Source: Candidatus Woesearchaeota archaeon (GTDB lineage Archaea; Nanobdellota; Nanobdellia; Woesearchaeales; JABGUJ01). Taken from it: DNA of 64,000 nucleotides. The position numbers were made by a program, and so were the translations under genes. The first letter of the stretch is position 1. Each line of letters opens with the position of its first letter. Below are positions 59,001 to 64,000 of the stretch, piece after piece. The stretch spans positions 142,355 to 206,354 of the forward strand of contig JABGUJ010000003.1 of assembly GCA_018646625.1 (NCBI GenBank), in the 5' to 3' direction. Below the pieces are notes generated by a model. That model was not told the DNA's origin and ran no database searches. It saw nothing but the letters and a program-made list of their open reading frames with translations.

Positions 59001-62000
59001 TTAGGCCTATCAGGTATTCTAGGTAACTCTTTTGGTTTAGTTGGACCCGGAGGTAGAATATTCTTAATAGGAGGTGCTTTATCCTGAATAAAACTAGATG
59101 AAAGACGATAAGTAAACGGAGGCATACGAGTTATTACATTTTCTTTAACAGCAATATTAACAACATGATCTGGATGTAACAAGAATCCTTTACCACCATA
59201 CTTTACAGATTTATCTTGAACTGCGATAGAATAATCTCCCGCTTCCAACTCAATAGTCACGTTAAATGGTTGATTATTATCAGAATCAAATGGCGCAAAT
59301 GATTTTAAAGTTGTAACATCACCAGACGCCTTATTAGTCGCAATTAAAGTTACATCAGCAATAGGTATCTGAACCGCAGCATTGTCTTTACCATGCTCAT
59401 AACTACTACTACCTACAACACCAATCAAGTGTCCAGTCTTCTTAGGAACAGGAGCTTCTGATTTTCTAACAAAGTGGAAATTTTTATAGAAAGATAAATC
59501 ATGATACTCTCCTTGCGAAGTGCCATCAGTTTCTTTCAAAGTAAAAGAAGTCGCACCCATAGCATGGAACAATCTCCGTTCATAATCAACTTTAACTCTC
59601 AGAGGATCAAAAGCTAAGATTTTAATTAAATAATTATATTCGGTACCATCAGGAGTCTTAGACCAAGTAGCATTAGGTTGCTGAGAAGCACCTTCTCTCC
59701 ACCTACCAACAGGCGGAACACCACCCACATGTTTCATTAACTTGACTTTAACACCATTATGAGCTAAAGGTTTAATATGACCTTCATCAGTAATAGACAC
59801 TTTACCCCACACAGTCACCATTCTCTGTCTTTCAAACTCAAAGTTAAGAGGATGCATACTTTGTGGTTTCAAATCAATATCTTTATGCTCTCCTTCTTGA
59901 GGCATAATTAGTAAATGTAAATTTTTCTGAGCATCTTCGTAGTATATCTTACCATCAATCTCAACTAACGAACTACTTTCATCAACATTCAACTTAATAG
60001 AATACTTACCAGGCCAAACCTCGTTGAAAACGTAGTTCATATAGTCTTTCCAACCATTCTCGTCAATCAAGTGTTCAGGTACAGGCATACTACCGTCAGT
60101 AGTTTCAGTTGTTCGTACAACCGTGTCTCCTCTGCAAAGATCAAGTTTCAATCCAGGAATTGGAGTTAACTTACCATCACCGCCTTTAATACCAACAGTA
60201 CCAAAAATATGACCTTTAATCGCTTCAAACTCAAAATCAATTGCAAGTTCTTTTGTCGCCTCTTTAAACATCACAGACGCCTTGTCAGGCGTTCCGTGAG
60301 TTAACCTAAACCTATCACTAACCCCAGTATCATATTCAATAACTACTTGCGCATGTTGATCTATTAGATTCCAATAATGTCCTCTTAAATTAAATTCATA
60401 ATTCTCATCACCAACCACCTCAAAATTCATCAGTGGTTCTGTTTCCGCAATAGTTCTATACTTACCACCTTCTTCAAGAACCTCTATACGTAATTTGATA
60501 GTTTTACCTTCCTCGCTACCAAGAGGACTTTGCACGCCTTCTTCATCTATATAGAATACTTTACCATACAATCTCAAAGCGTCAGTTGCATCTAAAGGTA
60601 CAACAACCGTTGCCATTCTAACTGCTTGGAATGCTTTCTTTCTAGCTTGAATATCATCAACTTTTAATTTATCAATCAAAGCCTGTCTTCTACCATCATA
60701 GTTTGCAGTAACACCAATCAGATTACCTGCTTCATCTCTAACATCTTTAAGACCTAATTTAACATTTCCTTCAATTAATCTTACACAATCTTCTCTTACT
60801 AATCTAATAAATGCAATTCTCTTACCTTTGTGCTCAACCACATTACCTGCATCATCAAGAACAGGATCACTCCCACCATTTCTACCATCACTACCATGAG
60901 GATCAGTATGCTTGCCAACTTTCCCGGGATCGTTTGCTCTAAAAGCCCAGATTTCAATATCAACATTAAGAGGCAAATCCTCTAACCTAAATACACCATC
61001 TTTTGTAACACTATCAGCAACAGCATTATTCTCAGCATAAGCTCGAACGTTAACTAGATCGTCTTTTACTAAATCAAAATTAGTAGTATCAAATACAACA
61101 CCTTCAACAATACCCAACAGCTCAGGAACTTCTTGAATAGTAAACGGAACATCTGCAACTTTAGCCATAATAAGACGACCATTATGTCGAGTAGTAATTG
61201 CAAATCTGGCCTTGTACGTTGTTCCAGGCTTAAGTGATCCACCAATTCTTGCAGGAATAAAAATTTTGCAAGGGTCGTTTTGATCAGCCTTCAAAGATAT
61301 TGGCTTACCATTTTTGTCTTTAACATAAACTCCACCTTCATCAAGCAAAAACCAATCTACCCTCTCAGCTAAAGGATAAATATTATCTTTAACATTCTGA
61401 AGAGTTCTTTCTTCTCCATTAATCGTTCCCTTCCACTTCCACTGATTTCTCGTTTGTTCATCAACATATTCGCCGTTCTTAACTGCATTACTCAACTCAG
61501 TGGGATCAGCAGGAGGTTTTATCTTCTGAGGTTTAAGAATATTAATTTTAAGAGGAAACCTAACATAAACATCAATATTATCGTGATCTAAATCAGTTCC
61601 AGAAATTTCAACTACTAACGGATCAGGAGCATTAGGATCATGTCTAGAAGAACCCTCACCACAACCATAAGATCCTTTAACTATAAATCTACCAGCAGGA
61701 ACTTTCTCGAGTTTATATTTACCTTCCTTATCGGCTTTATGACCATCAGATTTTTTGAAGCCTCTTATCTCATGACCGTCCTCATCCTCTAACCAAACAG
61801 TCGACTCAGGCAACGGACGCAACTCGCCTTCTTGATGTAATTCTTCATAAACAGTACCCGCAATAGATCCTTTTCCAACTACTTCATATTCAAAATTAGG
61901 ACCAAACACCGGACGATCTTCTCTAATCAATTCTTTAGTATCAAGTGTAACAACATAAGAATCAGGATCTCTACCCGAAACAGCATGAGGAACATTACCA

Positions 62001-64000
62001 ACCATTCTGCCAGCTTCGTCATACATTACAGTTTCTTTAAACTCATAAATTGTTCCCCCTCTATTAACATGGAACCTAGGAACTTGAATTTCATACTGAG
62101 TTTCATAGAAACCAAACAACTTATAATTTGCAAACACGTTAGGAATAACCCATGCTTTTGACTTTTCAAACACAGACTTCGTTTTCCAATGCAACTCATT
62201 GTTCTCATACAACTCTACCTGTACGTCACCGAGACAATCATATGCCATGAAATCTCGTTCAGTAGGATTAAGTTTAGTGAAAGTCGCACCAATAACCAAC
62301 GCCTTTGATGTAGAACCATACAAATCAATATACACAACAATCTTTCTAGATACAGAAGCAATGTCACGTTTAAAAATATCTAGAGTTTTATCAAGGATTT
62401 TAACATTTTGTTGATCAAACTCACCCAAAGACATATCTTCGCCAAGTCTATGAACTCCTTTGTTACTTGTATGAACAACCTTCACAGCCCCATCTTTGAA
62501 CGGCAAAGGAATTCCTTCCATTACAAAGTGACCATCCATAAATCTAGGATGCTCATAAGACTCATGGAAATGCACATCCTTACCATATGGACTAGCCACG
62601 TCTTTAGGCACAAAACCAGAAACTTCAACATTCACAGTACCTTCAAATCCTTCAAACGGATAAACCTCGGCACCATGTTCTTTGATCAACTTCTGAAGTG
62701 CTTCTCTAAACAAACCTTTATTTTTTAGATCTTTAACATAATTATGCAGTTTTTTTGAATCAACATTAGTAGGCTTTTGTGCATTGTAATCAGCCATCAA
62801 TTTTCGACCATCATAACCACAAACTGCAACCTCTACCTTACCACCAACAACAGGAACTTTAACTTGCTCCCTATCCTCCGCACCAGTTGGTTCAGCCTTG
62901 AGAACAATCTTATTAGGACCATCTAAAGTCCCATTAATATCCCCACCAGAACCATTTTTAGATGTGTGTCTTGCATCTTCCTCAGTTGCATTACCATCAT
63001 CATCTTCACCAAAATAATCTTTATGCTTAGCACAAACTGTTAATTTCTTAGGGTCATCACCAACTAAAGTAACCGGTAATTTTCTAATTTTCCAAGTTCT
63101 TTTATTATTAATGCCCGCACCACTATGAGATGCCTTACCAAGTCTTTTATCGTGACCATCCAACGTAACATACATCTCAGTAACCCTGTCACTCACATCC
63201 CAGGCTTTAACCGAATCATCAGAAGATTGTATTTCAATATCCACATCAACAGAACCAGCATAAACTGGAACAACCATACCCGTCACATCTAAAGTAATCC
63301 AAGGATACGGTATAAACCATAGTTTTTTACGACTCCCTTCAATCCAATCTTTGCCGCCATTACCGTCATTACCATTAAAAGGCTCTCTGTGATTACCTTC
63401 AAAAACATAAACATCTCTATCTTTAATCCTAGCAACAATTTCTAAAGGACGATCTTTAGGCAAATCTTCAACTAAAAAATCCCAAGTAGGAGGCGTATTA
63501 GGAGCTGCCGCTTGATAATTAGAAAGACTGCTTTCGCCATACTCTTGACCTTTCTTGTCTCTAGCAAAAACTTTAACATTATCAGTTTGCATATCTTCAT
63601 CATCAAAACCATAACCAACAATCTTACCTGCAGCTTTACCTTTGCCCTCAAGAACCTTAAGTCTCTCAGTAGAATAATACACAAACCGCGAACCAAGAAC
63701 TTCAGCATCTATGAAAACATCCAAAACACCTGCACGATTTAGAGGAATAGAACTAACTAAACTTTTCTTTCTAGAAAGTTGTTTAATGTACTCATCATAA
63801 TCAATTTCAAAAGTCGCATCTACAACGCTATCTTCTTTAGTAAAATTAAGGCTGCCTTTTAGATAATCAAATATTTTTATTTTGGGATCTTCGGGCCTGG
63901 TTTTGTCAGCAGGTACTTTGCTTTGCCCTCTAAACGAAGCAACCAAGGCCAACTTGAAATCTTTCTCTCTCTTTTTAGTAAACTTAGAATTGTTAGGTAA
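56078..64000 (-). CDS. giant protein (at least 2624 aa, 5' end probably beyond the window) with beta-sandwich (carboxypeptidase-regulatory-like) repeats, a duplicated alpha-helical C-terminal module and a poly-Pro tail
   Basis: Uninterrupted frame from the window edge. The track 'start' at 63952 is a TTG and the frame stays open to nt 64000. G/V/Y/D-rich beta repeats include GTVYEELH...GKYKL and GHIFGTVGIKGGDGK...GKYSIKL. Three copies of a ...CK[LM][LM]IFDLI..IPGYFKGQ..VG.G module. C-terminus ...GGGSPPPPPPQTRAAVGR. Confidence 0.8.
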   Translation of the reverse strand, partial: LPNNSKFTKKREKDFKLALVASFRGQSKVPADKTRPEDPKIKIFDYLKGSLNFTKEDSVVDATFEIDYDEYIKQLSRKKSLVSSIPLNRAGVLDVFIDAEVLGSRFVYYSTERLKVLEGKGKAAGKIVGYGFDDEDMQTDNVKVFARDKKGQEYGESSLSNYQAAAPNTPPTWDFLVEDLPKDRPLEIVARIKDRDVYVFEGNHREPFNGNDGNGGKDWIEGSRKKLWFIPYPWITLDVTGMVVPVYAGSVDVDIEIQSSDDSVKAWDVSDRVTEMYVTLDGHDKRLGKASHSGAGINNKRTWKIRKLPVTLVGDDPKKLTVCAKHKDYFGEDDDGNATEEDARHTSKNGSGGDINGTLDGPNKIVLKAEPTGAEDREQVKVPVVGGKVEVAVCGYDGRKLMADYNAQKPTNVDSKKLHNYVKDLKNKGLFREALQKLIKEHGAEVYPFEGFEGTVNVEVSGFVPKDVASPYGKDVHFHESYEHPRFMDGHFVMEGIPLPFKDGAVKVVHTSNKGVHRLGEDMSLGEFDQQNVKILDKTLDIFKRDIASVSRKIVVYIDLYGSTSKALVIGATFTKLNPTERDFMAYDCLGDVQVELYENNELHWKTKSVFEKSKAWVIPNVFANYKLFGFYETQYEIQVPRFHVNRGGTIYEFKETVMYDEAGRMVGNVPHAVSGRDPDSYVVTLDTKELIREDRPVFGPNFEYEVVGKGSIAGTVYEELHQEGELRPLPESTVWLEDEDGHEIRGFKKSDGHKADKEGKYKLEKVPAGRFIVKGSYGCGEGSSRHDPNAPDPLVVEISGTDLDHDNIDVYVRFPLKINILKPQKIKPPADPTELSNAVKNGEYVDEQTRNQWKWKGTINGEERTLQNVKDNIYPLAERVDWFLLDEGGVYVKDKNGKPISLKADQNDPCKIFIPARIGGSLKPGTTYKARFAITTRHNGRLIMAKVADVPFTIQEVPELLGIVEGVVFDTTNFDLVKDDLVNVRAYAENNAVADSVTKDGVFRLEDLPLNVDIEIWAFRANDPGKVGKHTDPHGSDGRNGGSDPVLDDAGNVVEHKGKRIAFIRLVREDCVRLIEGNVKLGLKDVRDEAGNLIGVTANYDGRRQALIDKLKVDDIQARKKAFQAVRMATVVVPLDATDALRLYGKVFYIDEEGVQSPLGSEEGKTIKLRIEVLEEGGKYRTIAETEPLMNFEVVGDENYEFNLRGHYWNLIDQHAQVVIEYDTGVSDRFRLTHGTPDKASVMFKEATKELAIDFEFEAIKGHIFGTVGIKGGDGKLTPIPGLKLDLCRGDTVVRTTETTDGSMPVPEHLIDENGWKDYMNYVFNEVWPGKYSIKLNVDESSSLVEIDGKIYYEDAQKNLHLLIMPQEGEHKDIDLKPQSMHPLNFEFERQRMVTVWGKVSITDEGHIKPLAHNGVKVKLMKHVGGVPPVGRWREGASQQPNATWSKTPDGTEYNYLIKILAFDPLRVKVDYERRLFHAMGATSFTLKETDGTSQGEYHDLSFYKNFHFVRKSEAPVPKKTGHLIGVVGSSSYEHGKDNAAVQIPIADVTLIATNKASGDVTTLKSFAPFDSDNNQPFNVTIELEAGDYSIAVQDKSVKYGGKGFLLHPDHVVNIAVKENVITRMPPFTYRLSSSFIQDKAPPIKNILPPGPTKPKELPRIPDRPKLTAGEHNLTILTINGKAIPEDKDLREKHTFLLLKGKDGLTLEGAMTSFPPDSKVLWELKAPKNLPLKTRMLSAHIGSGDFVSSFEGQLPPYSFEHTFFTPEELAKLEPGNYSIELSDQSKQGADKLNFHIVIIDKLDKIDLGEVNSLEQALALLQKPEEDINVAMALIKACYQLSPVKHADHVSGAWSYDWGLLYNNVKRYPLSLVQVRYQALMWGSEGQPALRSRLRAIKIEVDQAADVLYPERVQEFDKAYDKFTKLLKEINIEFKSNLEAGWIVKHLQLIFERYARELKNPKSGMAGKIGKDPAYITNYFIHYDIVGLVAGVSEPVHGKWVQKLKEDWFTSAYALPLWKLGEKFFHEEFDKDTGLLQHGYMRGPRRVLRELISKMLEVEKLYNHMVEMESSGLFEEDKRHVPSGWDASVEKAEREEAYLKRQRSNDIEKSKRHNRFSQQREQLKIQFDQLTKNYGLARRNKAKMDNKAIDKKLAELKVLIPKVAKPSQFVYCKLLIFDLICLIPGYFKGQVPVGAGAAKRVKLPKEGETAQENKEVWDQINWEWEEYQRITREIADTIAKEQEKVKHMHDDKKGHDDGFAEFEALAKAEAKLDDLVDYIRDVELNPESIKSVRDIERDDRRQKIDNKSSHRKMDLNRQAALLRIQIDQLQKNLDIAVRRKATGWRLPGKGECSSSDVHSHLNELKAKVDNVQRNKDFVECKMMIFDLIGAIPGYFKGQTVVGSGTNSGKPMAAPERDDELAEWEASQAQLWHENQLKAFQIAEAYRKERQKLREHLASFPQGEELNRRVQEDQWASGLIEHINAAEDSLNTERDFEREARSKKRGRDSSAKADRLRHYKDRLLVFADQLIKANKSNKGGVKKSVRRLINEAKGNIEHAVTATKLKEIHLALYDLIGKIPKLDGMVGAGDSRYRRVITEATGEDLGDNVSQIDRLIEEMERTKGGGSPPPPPPQTRAAVGR

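Noticed and set aside
63952-63954. Apparent start codon of the giant protein
   Set aside because: The codon is TTG and the frame stays open to the window edge (upstream residues ...FTKKREKDFK). The gene is more likely 5'-truncated by the window than started here.
1-64000. CRISPR arrays, rRNA genes, IS elements/transposases, integrases
   Set aside because: I scanned for regularly spaced direct repeats, rRNA-like conserved blocks, DDE transposase motifs and tyrosine-recombinase motifs and saw none. The only exact repeat noted is the 31-nt initiation-region duplicate.

Overview
This is an AT-rich (roughly one-third G+C by eye) and densely coding archaeal chromosomal window. It carries unambiguous archaeal informational genes: group II chaperonin (thermosome), Orc1/Cdc6, archaeal histones, aEF-1beta with its usual upstream Zn-ribbon gene, Kae1, PTH2, L35Ae, membrane LonB, archaeal-type GluRS, and an intron-less tRNA-Trp(CCA). 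Gene content and style are reminiscent of a small-genome, DPANN-like archaeon: a giant ORF, many secreted Cys-rich proteins, orphan solute-binding lipoproteins, and few biosynthetic operons. About 64 protein genes can be supported. Housekeeping and accessory genes are interleaved. Accessory content includes an asnC-asnA unit, an m5U RNA methyltransferase, Asp racemase, a CcdA/thioredoxin pair, GGPP synthase, CorA, PNP, Nudix, SDR, TauE, EamA, HAD and a VOC-like protein. Several compositionally atypical (GC-richer, Ala/Arg/Gly-rich) genes look horizontally acquired: an HD-domain protein, PNP, a HIT-like protein and the hypothetical gene next to Asp racemase. A full-length RelA/SpoT (long RSH) gene is unusual for an archaeon. 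The most striking locus is a co-directional minus-strand block at 53.2-64.0 kb. It encodes a 5'-truncated giant protein of at least 2624 aa with beta-sandwich repeats, a duplicated alpha-helical module and a poly-Pro tail, followed by two coiled-coil proteins and a polytopic membrane protein. A second candidate system is a tightly coupled HerA/FtsK-like (DUF87-type) ATPase plus MBL-fold hydrolase pair (28.1-30.8 kb). No CRISPR array, rRNA or obvious IS/transposase was seen. Coordinates that I derived myself rather than took from the ORF track may be off by +/-1 nt.
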